Assembly (NCBI GenBank): GCA_051252135.1
Contig: JBPOGH010000007.1
Location: 32,001 to 96,000, forward strand
DNA from: Verrucomicrobiaceae bacterium
Lineage (GTDB): Bacteria > Verrucomicrobiota > Verrucomicrobiia > Verrucomicrobiales > Akkermansiaceae
Direction: 5' to 3'
DNA length: 64,000 nt
A program made the translations under genes and the position numbers. The notes under the pieces were generated by a model, which made no database searches, had not been told where the DNA came from, and saw only the letters and a program-made list of their open reading frames with translations. The number at the start of each line of letters is the position of its first letter. The first letter of the stretch is position 1. Shown here in pieces: positions 19,246 through 28,800 of this stretch.

Positions 19246-20333
19246 GTGTGGGGCAGGTCACCGATCAATTGTTGCAGGTCCTCAAGCTTCCGGCTGCGTG
19301 GTGAATTGATGGGGACGAGGTGGAAGGAATGGGCGATGGGGGAGATGATGCGGATGACCTCGGCGGTTTCCTTATCCTCGACGGCACCGAAGATGATTTG
19401 GGCTTTTTGAGAGCCGTATTGAGATTGCCAGGTGTCGACGAGGGCTTGAGCGGAATGGGGGTTGTGGGCGGCGTCGAGGATGAGTGGTTTCCGGTGATTG
19501 AAGGGGGTTTGTTCGAGGATTTCGAACCGGCCCGGCCAGAGGATGTGTGAGAGGGCGTGGTGGACGGCATCATAGCTGAGGTGGTAGCCGAGAGCGGTCA
19601 TGGCCTCGCAGGCGAGGGTGGCGTTGTATTTTTGGTGTTCGCCGGGGAGGGAGATGGGGTAGCCGAGGAGGGGGTCGGGGGTGAACTCGAGGGAGGCCCG
19701 GGTTTCGTTGGCGACTTTTTCGATGGCGAGTTGGGCCTCGGGGGCTTGGGCGGAGGAGATGAGGGGTTTTCCTTTGAGGCAGATGCCGGCTTTTTCGGTG
19801 GCGATCTCGGTGAGAGTGGAGCCGAGCCACTTTTGGTGATCGAGGGCGATGGGGGTGAGGACGCAGACGTCGGCAGGGACGGCGGTGGTGGCATCGAGAC
19901 GTCCTCCCATGCCGGTCTCGAGGATGATGAGCTCGCAGTTATTCTCGCGGAAGTGGCGCATGCCGAGAGCGAGGGTGAGTTCAAAGAAGGTGGGATGGGT
20001 GTCCCAGGTGGAGACGAGGTCGCGCAGTGCGGTGAGGAGTTGGGCGGTGCGTTCTTCTGAAATCTCGAGGCCCGAGACGCGGAAGCGCTCGCGGTAGTGG
20101 ACGAGGTGAGGGGAGGTGAAGAGGCCGGTGCGGAGGGCGAGGGATTGACCGAGGGAGTCGATCATGGCGCAGGTGGAGCCTTTGCCATTGGTGCCTGCGA
20201 CGTGGACGACCTTGGTGCTGTGGGTGGGGAAGGCGAGGAATTCGCGGAGGAGACGACGGGGTGCCTCCAGCCCGAGTTTGATGCCAAACATCTGGGTGGA
20301 GTAGAGCCAATCGAGGCTTTCGTGATAGTTCAC
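19107..20333 (-). CDS. folC: Folylpolyglutamate synthase / dihydrofolate synthase
   Basis: HVAGTNGKGST, FTSPHL, ETGMGGRLDAT, WPGRFE, LDAAHN; probable GTG start (VNYHESLDW). Confidence 0.93.
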   Translation of the reverse strand: MNYHESLDWLYSTQMFGIKLGLEAPRRLLREFLAFPTHSTKVVHVAGTNGKGSTCAMIDSLGQSLALRTGLFTSPHLVHYRERFRVSGLEISEERTAQLLTALRDLVSTWDTHPTFFELTLALGMRHFRENNCELIILETGMGGRLDATTAVPADVCVLTPIALDHQKWLGSTLTEIATEKAGICLKGKPLISSAQAPEAQLAIEKVANETRASLEFTPDPLLGYPISLPGEHQKYNATLACEAMTALGYHLSYDAVHHALSHILWPGRFEILEQTPFNHRKPLILDAAHNPHSAQALVDTWQSQYGSQKAQIIFGAVEDKETAEVIRIISPIAHSFHLVPINSPRSRKLEDLQQLIGDLPHTVHKSVNNALTTTCEQDIHTLVTGSLFLLGEAQATLNQYSTRSTTQ

Positions 20334-20343
20334 GGCGGAGGAA

Positions 20344-21702
20344 TCAGGGCTGCCAGGGGCCGGTGATCGCGAGTGTGTATCCTTGTCCCTGCATGTTGAC
20401 GAAGAGGATGGAGCCATCCGGGGAGAAGCAGGAGCCGGCGAACTCCGATTTGCTGATGGCGTTGCGGGCGAGGGTGTAGATTTTCCCCTCGGGGGTGATG
20501 CCACGGAGGTGTGGCGTTTTGGAGGAGTGCTCGGCGACGAGGTCCTCGCAGATGATGAGGTCTCCCCAAGGAGAGGAGCAAAGGTTGTCTCCGTTGGTGA
20601 GGAGGTCGCTCTCTTCGGGTTGGAGGAAGAGCTCGATGGTGTCCGGCTGGCTCGCGGAGCCGGACGGGGTGAGTTTGAAAACCTGTCCCTGGCTGCCAGC
20701 GCCGCCATCGGTGCAGCAGATGTAGAAAGAACCGTTGCTGAGATCGATGCCTTCTCCGCGGGCGAAGCGGGCGGCGCCTTTTCTGAAGCCACGGTAGCGG
20801 AGGTCGTTGTCCGGCGCTTCCACTCTGCTCATGTCGATCCAGGTGGCTTTCATGGGCTCGCCTTCCTTGATGGGGGTTTTGGTGCCGCTGTAGTTCCGCA
20901 GGTCGGCAGATTTATTGCCTTCGATGGCGAGGGCCTGGAGTTTTCCTTTGGAGAGGTCACCCTTTTGGTTGGGGATGAAGCGGTAGAGGAGTCCGTCGTT
21001 TGTGTCCTCGGTGATGTAGACGAATCCGGTGTTGGGGTCGACGGCGATGGCTTCATGACGGAAGCGTCCGAGGCCTTTGAGGGGGACGGCTTGCTGGAGT
21101 TCGCCGTCATCGGTGGCCTTTACTTCGAAGCAGTAGCCATGGAGTTGGCCGCGCTCGCTGGTGAGATCGGTGGGTTCTTCGCAGGTGACCCAGCTTCCCC
21201 AAGGGGTGGAGCCGCCGGCGCAGTTGCGATCGGTCCCGGTGAGGGAGAGGAATTCGCGAAGGACTTCGCCGCGGACGGGATCATAGACGATGGTGCTGGT
21301 GCCGCCAACATGGGGGAGGTCCGAGCTGCGACCGAAATCGTATGATTTTTTCTTATCGAAGTCTTTGGGTGGTTTTTGGTCGGGGAAGGGGCCGTGGGCC
21401 TGGCCATCGAGACCGAGCTCGTGGTTGCGCACGAGGATGACGGTGTTTTCGCGGCCGGGGAAGCAGGCCATGCCATCGGGTTTTCCGGGGACGGTGAGGC
21501 CATCGCTCATGGTGCCGCCGGCTTTGGAAATGATTTGGTATTTGAATCCTTCGGGGAGGTCGAGGATGCCCTCGGGATCGGGGAGAAGGGGGCCGTAGGG
21601 GGAAACGAGGCGATCAGGGCTTTGGGCGTGGAGGTATTTCTGAAGGCCGAGAAATCCGGCGGTAGCGGTAGCAGTGGTGGAGAGGAATGAGCGCCGTTGC
21701 AT
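20344..21702 (-). CDS. phoX: PhoX-family alkaline phosphatase (DUF839), Tat-exported
   Basis: QRRSFL Tat signal, LVRNHE, NCAGG.TPWGSWVTCEE, GRFRHEA, NGDNL, SEFAGSCFSPDG. Confidence 0.88.
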   Translation of the reverse strand: MQRRSFLSTTATATAGFLGLQKYLHAQSPDRLVSPYGPLLPDPEGILDLPEGFKYQIISKAGGTMSDGLTVPGKPDGMACFPGRENTVILVRNHELGLDGQAHGPFPDQKPPKDFDKKKSYDFGRSSDLPHVGGTSTIVYDPVRGEVLREFLSLTGTDRNCAGGSTPWGSWVTCEEPTDLTSERGQLHGYCFEVKATDDGELQQAVPLKGLGRFRHEAIAVDPNTGFVYITEDTNDGLLYRFIPNQKGDLSKGKLQALAIEGNKSADLRNYSGTKTPIKEGEPMKATWIDMSRVEAPDNDLRYRGFRKGAARFARGEGIDLSNGSFYICCTDGGAGSQGQVFKLTPSGSASQPDTIELFLQPEESDLLTNGDNLCSSPWGDLIICEDLVAEHSSKTPHLRGITPEGKIYTLARNAISKSEFAGSCFSPDGSILFVNMQGQGYTLAITGPWQP

Positions 21703-21754
21703 GATGGGTAATTGTCACCTCTTTTTGAGCTTAGGCAAGAAGGAGGTTGGGGAA

Positions 21755-22474
21755 TTAGCCTCGAAGGAGGGTGAGGACGATGACGCGTTTGACGGCGGCT
21801 TTTTTGGTGAGGAGGCGGGCGCACTCGTGTGCGGTGGAGCCGGTGGTGAAGACGTCATCGATGAGGAGGACGGTGGCGTCCTGGAGCTGATCGAGGTCCT
21901 TGGGGCGGATTTCGAAGGCGTTTTTGAGATTGGAGAGGCGTTCTTTCCGGGTGAGGCGGGTTTGGGTGGGAGTGGCGCGGCGGCGTTTGAGGGCGGGGAG
22001 GAGGGGGAGTCCGGAGAGGGGTGAGAAGGCGCGGGCGAGCTCGAGGGCCTGATTTCCGTGGCGGCGTTGTCTACGCCACCAATGGAGGGGGACGGGGATG
22101 ATGACGGTGTTGGCGGGGAGGGAGGCGAGGCGGGGGTCGTTTTTGAGGACCTCCATGAGGAAGGGTGCGAGCTCGGGTGCGAGGTAGAAGCGGCTTTGGT
22201 ATTTGAGGGCGTGGATGAGTTGGCGGGCGGGGCCGGTGGCGAGGAGGGGGGAGCGTGCGAAGTCGAAAGCGAAGGTGAGATTGGCGCAGTTGGGGCAGTC
22301 GAAGTCTCCCTCGATTTGGCCATCGAACGCTTCGCCGCAGGTGCGGCAGAAGGGGGCTTCGATGCGGAGGAGGGAGTCGGCGCAGGAGGAGCAGAGGGAG
22401 TGTCCTTCATCGAGCAAGGTGGAACAGACCTCGCAGAGAGGGGGGAAGCACCAGTCGAGGAGTTTGCGGATCAT
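21755..22474 (-). CDS. comF: ComF family protein
   Basis: N-terminal double CxxC, PVPLH, LIDDVFTTGST PRTase motif. Confidence 0.88.
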   Translation of the reverse strand: MIRKLLDWCFPPLCEVCSTLLDEGHSLCSSCADSLLRIEAPFCRTCGEAFDGQIEGDFDCPNCANLTFAFDFARSPLLATGPARQLIHALKYQSRFYLAPELAPFLMEVLKNDPRLASLPANTVIIPVPLHWWRRQRRHGNQALELARAFSPLSGLPLLPALKRRRATPTQTRLTRKERLSNLKNAFEIRPKDLDQLQDATVLLIDDVFTTGSTAHECARLLTKKAAVKRVIVLTLLRG

Positions 22475-23538
22475 GCGGTTTCACGGAGCTCCAGGTCCTC
22501 GGGGAAGGGTGATTCCTGAGGGTCGGGAGGGCGGAGAAAGCGGATGTAGAGGGCGATCACGATGCCGGTGATGGCGAGAGTGACGAGGGGGAGGATGCCT
22601 TCTTTGAGATTACGGCCGATGTAGATGTCAAATTCCTGCGGGAGGTCGGGACGTCGGAGGGTGAGATTTCCGAAGGCCTTGAGGGCGAAGACCCAGCTGG
22701 CGTGGAGTCCGATGGGGAGCCAGAGGGAGGCGGTGCCGTATCGTGCGATGCCGAGGATGAGACCGACGAGGAAGAGGGAGGCGAACTCGTAGAGCATGGC
22801 CTGGGGAGCCATGAAGCGTTGGCCGATGAGGGAGAGCATTTCGAAGCCAGCCTTCATGGAGGTGGGATCGGAGACAGTGGCGCCATCGGGTGGCTGGAGG
22901 AAGTGGAGGGCGGCGAAGAGGAGGGAGAGGGAGATGATGGCGAATCCGGGGCGGAAGGCGCGCAGGAAGATGCCGAGGAGAGCGCCGCGGAAGACGACTT
23001 CTTCCACGATGGAGACGATGATGGCGGGCTTGATGGCCTTTTCTCCGACCAGGGTGAGGAGTTCCTTGTCGGGGGCTTTGGCCCAGCTGAACCAGTTGAG
23101 GTGAAAGAGGAACCAGGCCAAGGCGAGGAAGAATCCGGCACCGAGGAGGAATCCGGTGAGGAGCTGGAGGATGCCGAAGCGGGGGTTGCGGAGGGGTTGG
23201 CCTTGAGCGGAGGCGATGGAGGATTGGGGCAGGTAGACGGACCAAGGGGTATTTTGGAGCTTACGGGGGTTCATTTTCATCCGGAGGGATGAGATGAGGG
23301 GGAAGAGAAGGAGGACGGCGGAGAGCATGAGGGCCCGCTTGAAGTAGGTGTCGAACTCCGCTTTTTCGGCTTTGCCGGCGAGCCATTTGAGTTCATCGGC
23401 GGTGTCTTTCTCAAGGGCGACATCGGCGAAGCCCTTGCCGATTTCGTAGAGAGGCGGCGTGATGAGGGCAGCAAGGACGAATGCGCCTACGAAATAGGCT
23501 ACGATTTTGATGACATCTCCCAGGGCGGACCTTCTCAC
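22471..23538 (-). CDS. CPBP (CAAX/Abi) family intramembrane metalloprotease
   Basis: EEVVFRG, FAALH and LWLPIGLH motifs; multiple TM helices. Confidence 0.88.
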   Translation of the reverse strand: MRRSALGDVIKIVAYFVGAFVLAALITPPLYEIGKGFADVALEKDTADELKWLAGKAEKAEFDTYFKRALMLSAVLLLFPLISSLRMKMNPRKLQNTPWSVYLPQSSIASAQGQPLRNPRFGILQLLTGFLLGAGFFLALAWFLFHLNWFSWAKAPDKELLTLVGEKAIKPAIIVSIVEEVVFRGALLGIFLRAFRPGFAIISLSLLFAALHFLQPPDGATVSDPTSMKAGFEMLSLIGQRFMAPQAMLYEFASLFLVGLILGIARYGTASLWLPIGLHASWVFALKAFGNLTLRRPDLPQEFDIYIGRNLKEGILPLVTLAITGIVIALYIRFLRPPDPQESPFPEDLELRETA

Positions 23539-23616
23539 GGGGGGACTTAAGCGGATTTAGGGGGAGGTGGGAAATTGGAAATTGGATTTTCCGGTCAGGC
23601 TGTTGAGACTGGGGCC

Positions 23617-23880
23617 ATGGAGCGTCACGAATGGCACATTACCGATGGTGAGGAAAGTCACCAGTATTGGCGGGCGAATCACCACGGAGGGCGGTGGACG
23701 ATTATGATGAAGCCGGATCGGGACGCTGATTGGGAGACGATTAAGAAGCCGGAGAATGAGCACTGGGAGATGCTGCGGGATGTGCTTTGGCGGAAGTATC
23801 AGCGGAAGCGGTGTCCGTGGAAGATGATTGCGAAGATTGATAAAATCCTGGGTCGGCCCAATGAAGGACCACAGCCGTAA
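23617..23880 (+). CDS. Small conserved hypothetical protein
   Basis: Host-like codon usage; overlaps the bioA start; ends KYQRKRCPW. Confidence 0.65.
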   Translation: MERHEWHITDGEESHQYWRANHHGGRWTIMMKPDRDADWETIKKPENEHWEMLRDVLWRKYQRKRCPWKMIAKIDKILGRPNEGPQP

Positions 23881-25087
23881 GTGGATTGAGGCCGATCGGC
23901 GGCACTCGTGGCACCCATTCACGGATCAGGCGGAGTGGGAGGCATCCGATCCGCTGGTGATCACGCGGGGTGAGGGGGTGTGGCTTTTTGACAGTGAGGG
24001 GAACCGGTATCTGGATGGGAACTCGAGCATTTGGACGAATATCCATGGTCACGGGCATCCGAAGATTGTGGCGGCGATTCAGGAGCAGGCGGCGAAGTTG
24101 TGCCATAGTTCGTTTTTGGGATTTACGAATGATCGGGCGAGCGAGTTGGCGGAGAGGCTGTGCGGATTTTTTCCGGGGACACTAACAAGGTGCTTTTTTT
24201 CGGACGATGGGTCGACGGCGCTGGAGTCGGCTTTGAAGATGAGCCTGCAGTGGTGTCAGCAGAATGGGCGGGAGAAGCGGACGGGGGTGATCGCCTTTGA
24301 TCATGCGTATCACGGCGATACGCTGGGGGCGTCATCGGTTGGGGGGGTGTCGCGCTTTGTGAAGGGATACGGCGAGGCGGGACTGCAGACGTATCGGGTC
24401 TCGGGGATGGAGGATTTTCGGAGGCTGCCGAAGGTGGTGGTGGCGACGGCGGGGGCGGTGGTGATCGAGCCGTTGATCCAGGGGGTCAACCAGATGCGCC
24501 CGTGGCCGAAGGGGATGCTGGCGGAGCTGCGTGAGTGGTGTGATGAGAACGAGGTGCACCTGATTTTGGATGAGGTGATGACCGGGTTTGGCCGGACGGG
24601 GACGATGTTTGCGTGCCAGCAGGAGGACGTGGTGCCGGACTTTCTATGCCTGGCGAAGGGGCTTACGGGCGGGACGATGCCACTGGCGGCGACCTTGACG
24701 CGGGAGGAGATTTACGAGGGGTTCAAGGGGGAGGGGCGGACCTTTTATTACGGGCACAGCTACACGGGAAATGCGTTGGGATGTGCGGCGGCCCTGGCGA
24801 ATCTGGAGGTGTTTGAGGAGAGCGGGGTGTTGGAGGAGGTGGAAAGGAAGGGAGCGCTACTGGAGGAAGGGTTGCGAGCCTGCGTGATCGTGAAAGAGAT
24901 TCGGCGGGTGGGTCTGGTGCTGGGAGTGGACGTAGCTCCGGGGACGGGGAAAGAGGTTTGTGCTGCGCTGCGAGATCGAGGGGTGCTGACGCGGCCGATT
25001 TTGGATACCATCGTGGTGATGCCGCCGCTGGTGATCTCTGATGGGGAGTTGGGCACTTTGTTGGCGGCGTTTGAGGGGGTGGGTTGA
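23861..25087 (+). CDS. bioA: Adenosylmethionine-8-amino-7-oxononanoate aminotransferase
   Basis: WHPFT, YHGDT, DEVMTGFGRTG, CLAKGLTGG, GHSYTGN. Confidence 0.9.
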   Translation: MKDHSRKWIEADRRHSWHPFTDQAEWEASDPLVITRGEGVWLFDSEGNRYLDGNSSIWTNIHGHGHPKIVAAIQEQAAKLCHSSFLGFTNDRASELAERLCGFFPGTLTRCFFSDDGSTALESALKMSLQWCQQNGREKRTGVIAFDHAYHGDTLGASSVGGVSRFVKGYGEAGLQTYRVSGMEDFRRLPKVVVATAGAVVIEPLIQGVNQMRPWPKGMLAELREWCDENEVHLILDEVMTGFGRTGTMFACQQEDVVPDFLCLAKGLTGGTMPLAATLTREEIYEGFKGEGRTFYYGHSYTGNALGCAAALANLEVFEESGVLEEVERKGALLEEGLRACVIVKEIRRVGLVLGVDVAPGTGKEVCAALRDRGVLTRPILDTIVVMPPLVISDGELGTLLAAFEGVG

Positions 25088-25196
25088 AGATCAGGAGTTC
25101 CACACCTGATGTGGAAAGTTTGTCCACGCGGCTTAGTAAACATTTTTGATGTGGCCGGGTCAGGAGGTAAGGTTTTGGGAAGATTCCCGTAGAACT

Positions 25197-25703
25197 ATGG
25201 CTATGAACGATTCAGAAAACATTTCGGGGCATTCTTTGGAAAGTGCCTCCGACTCGTCGCTTCGAAAATCAAATCCATTCTGGCGATGGTTCTGGCTGAC
25301 CTTCCTCGTGGTTTCGCTCGGTTATGCGTGGTACTCGTTCTACGTCCCGTCGAATGAGATCGCTTGGGCGGATGATGTGCCGACGGCCCAGCAGTTAGCG
25401 ACGGAATCCGACAAGAAGGTGATGATGTTTTTTACTGCGGAATGGTGTGTTCCTTGCCGGATCATGAAGCGTGAGGTCTTTGCGGATGAGGAGGCAATGA
25501 AGGAGATCAATGCGAAGGTTGTTCCGGTGATGGTTTATGCGGATGATTCTGGGGCGAGAGAGCTCGTTGATCGGTATCATGTCCGCGGGACACCGATCAC
25601 CATTTTTACCAATCCTCAGGGTGAGGTTCTTGATTACGCAGTCGGACAGGTAGGGAAAGAAGAGTTTTTGGGAATGCTTGATGGTTTAAGCAGTTCCAAT
25701 TGA
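25197..25703 (+). CDS. Membrane-anchored thioredoxin-like protein
   Basis: TM helix then FTAEWCVPC and the cis-Pro GTP motif. Confidence 0.85.
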   Translation: MAMNDSENISGHSLESASDSSLRKSNPFWRWFWLTFLVVSLGYAWYSFYVPSNEIAWADDVPTAQQLATESDKKVMMFFTAEWCVPCRIMKREVFADEEAMKEINAKVVPVMVYADDSGARELVDRYHVRGTPITIFTNPQGEVLDYAVGQVGKEEFLGMLDGLSSSN

Positions 25704-25850
25704 GCTTGGGCGGAAGGGGGATGTGGTGGTGGGCGACGCTGTCGGCGGTTGAACGGCCTGTCTTCCGCTGTGTGATTATCGCTTTAGCTTGCCGAGGAAG
25801 GATGCACTTAAGAAGGGGGAGGAGAGTCACGGTATCAGTGAACTCTCCCT

Positions 25851-28800
25851 TTAATCAGAGCTTCCCAAGGTAGCGCGGAGGCGGATGTATTGATCCGGGT
25901 GGGTGTTGGGGAGGAGGTAGCGTGCGGTGTGGGTGGGGTCGCCGAAGGTGACGGAGTAGGCGCCACTTGAGAAGGGGGTCCAGGTTTCGAGGTCGGGGGA
26001 GGTCTCGTAGGTGACGGTGATGCCTTCGAGATTTTTGGCGTAGGGGAACTCGATGCCGAACTGGCCGGTCGGTGTGACGGCGATGGGGAATGCGCTGGAG
26101 TTGGGGTTGTTAGGATCGGTTCCGAAGAGGAATTCGAGAAGGTTGGGAGTTTGGTCCCGGTCGGGATCGGCGAGGGCTCCGATGACGGACGGGTTGGATT
26201 GACCGGGGAAGTTTTGGGTTTGCCAGCCGGAGAAGGAAAGTCCCGGGGGTGGGGTGCCGAGGGTGAGGGTGTCGGATTGGATGGGGAAGGTGGCGAGCGG
26301 GGCGGCGGAGAGAGGTGGCAGGATGAAGTGTCCGGTGACCGAGTTGGCTTCCGTTATTTCAAGGGTGGCGGTGCGTCCGGTGGCTCCGGAGCCGTGGTAG
26401 GCGACGATGAGTTGGCGGGTTTGGTCCTCGGGAATGACGAGGTTTTCCGGTTTGAAGGTGAGTTGTCCGTCGTTGGTGGTGAAGACCTCGTCCTCCGAGA
26501 TTTTTTCATCGCGGTCGGTGATTTCTCCGTCGGCGTCGTGATCGAGATAGAGGGCTACGGAGTCGATCTCGGTTGCTTCGTTGAGGGTGCCTCCGGCCTG
26601 GACGGTGAGGTCGGTGATGCGGGTGCTGGCACCGGTGGAAGTGGCGGCGAAGGAGAGGACGGGAAGGATGTTGTTAGAAAAGGAAACGGTGCGGTTGGTG
26701 GGGCTTCCGGGGCGGTTCAAGGTGAGGGCGAGATCGTTCGCAGGGTCGATGGTCTGGAACTCAGTGGTTTCCCCGAAGACGGCGGTTTCCGGAGTGGTGG
26801 CGGTGACGGTGAGTTGGGTGAAGGGATTGGGGCGGAAGTAGGCGAGGAAGCCGCCTCCGGTTTGGACGGTGGTCTGGCCGAGGTAGACCTCGCCCTCGGT
26901 ATCGGAATCGCCGAAGAACTGGAGGGTGCTGCCGACGGGGATTTCGGAGAGGTTGTTGACGGTGCCGGTGGCGGTTCCCCGGGTGTAGGAGCCGGAGATG
27001 TCCAGGGATTTGCTACTGTTGCCTCCGCCGGTGAGGGCGATGCCGCGGTTGTTGTTGGTGTGGATGCTGTTGAAGAGGATGGCGTTGTTTTCGGTTCCCG
27101 AGCCGGAGACCTGGACGCCATCGATGCCGTTGTAGGCGATGACATTTCCGGCGATGGTGCCGGGGCTGAGGCGACGGCGGAATGCGGTGGCGCCTATGGT
27201 TGAATCGATGGCACCGCCGATGGTGTTGCTGAGGGCGGCGTCCTTGATGAGGATTCCGTTTTCGCTGTTGCCGAGGTTTTGATTGTTTCGGCTGGCTCCG
27301 ATGCGGTTGCCCTGGATGAAGTTATCCTGGCAGGTGTGGCCCGCGAGCATGATGCCGCTGAGTGAGTTGGCGGTGATTTCATTTCCCTCCGGAATACTGG
27401 ATCCGCCGATGAGGTTGGATCGGGAGTTGGAGATGATGATGCCGTGGCCGGAGATGTCATCGATGATGTTTCCGGAGACGGTATTGTTTTGTCCGCCGAC
27501 GATGGCGAGTCCGGCGGAGTTGGGATTTTGAGCGGGAGCGGCGGTGGACCATGCACTGCCGAGGAGGTTGCCGGTGGTGGGGCCGCCGATGAGATTGTTG
27601 CTGGCGTCGAGGAGGAGGATGGCGAGAGAGTGTCCGGTGGAGCTGCCCCACTGGGTGGCGCCGAAGATGTTGAACTCGGAATCGCGGAGCCAATTGCCGG
27701 AGGAGGAGTCGATTTTTGCCCCCTGGATGTAATTGATGTGGAGGCTTTCTCCGAAGACGTTTCCTTGCGAGTTGTCCGAGATGAGGAGTCCGACGGGGAC
27801 GTCGGTGGTGAAGAGGTCGGTATCCTCCGCAGTGCCGTTGATCGTTGTGGAGTTGTTGTAGAAGCGATTGCGGTTGAGTTCGGGGCGGTCGATCTGGTTG
27901 TTGTCGATGTGGATGCAGGCGGTGCCCTCCTGATCGGTGGAAAATCTATTCGAGAGGGCGGAATCGCGAGAGCCAATGACGTTGGCCTGGGCTCCTCCGG
28001 TGATGCGGAGTCCGGAGAGTGATCCACTGGCGCTGGTGCAGATGATTTCGTTAGGTGATGAAAGGTCGCCGTTTGCGAGGACGATGCCGCTGGCGTTATC
28101 GAGGGTGATGGCTGCTTCGAGGGCGTTGGTGGAGACGAGGGTGACGTTTGAAATGGTGCCGAAGAATGAGGGGGGGCGTTCGGTCAGGGGGCCGGCGGTT
28201 CCCAGCTTGTTTCCGCTGGTGAGATTTTGGAGGGTGATGCCGTTTGTGTTCTGGCGTTCATCGGGAGCGGAGGAGGAGACTCCACGATGGGCAATGATGC
28301 CGATGTTGAGTCCGGTGAGGACGTTGTTGATGGAGGCGGGGCCATCGATGAGGACCGCGGATTCGGGGCAGGCGTTGATGTAGGTGGGTTCGCGGTAGTG
28401 ATTGCTCCCGATTTTGTTGCTGTGGGCTCCAGTGAGGATGGCGATGCCATTTGCGCCGACCGCGCCTTCTCCGTCATCGGTCGGAGTGCCTCCGATATCG
28501 GTATCACGCAGTTCGTTGGCGAAGGCGTCTTCCTCGATGATGAGGCCGCCGGCGAGGTCGTTGGAGAGCCGGTTGCGGAGGTAGTAGCTGACATTTCCAC
28601 CGCCGAAGGTTCCGATGAAGATTTCGATTTTAGCGGCGATGATGTTGCGGCTGGCTTGATCGCGGATGCGGATGCTGGCTCCCATATTTGGGGAGGCGAC
28701 GGGATCGACGTTTTCGATGAAATCAGAGACGCCGGTGCGGACGGAGAGGAGTTGGTTGTCCTGGCAAGAAGCCCCTTCGAGGCGGAAGGCATCGCCGGTG

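Noticed and set aside
19020..19250. Chromosomal origin oriC
   Set aside because: G-skew keeps the same sign on both sides, there is no obvious unwinding element, and dnaA/dnaN are not adjacent.
20334..20792. N-terminal extension of folC to 561 aa
   Set aside because: It overlaps phoX in another frame and is low-complexity; FolC similarity starts at the GTG at 20333.
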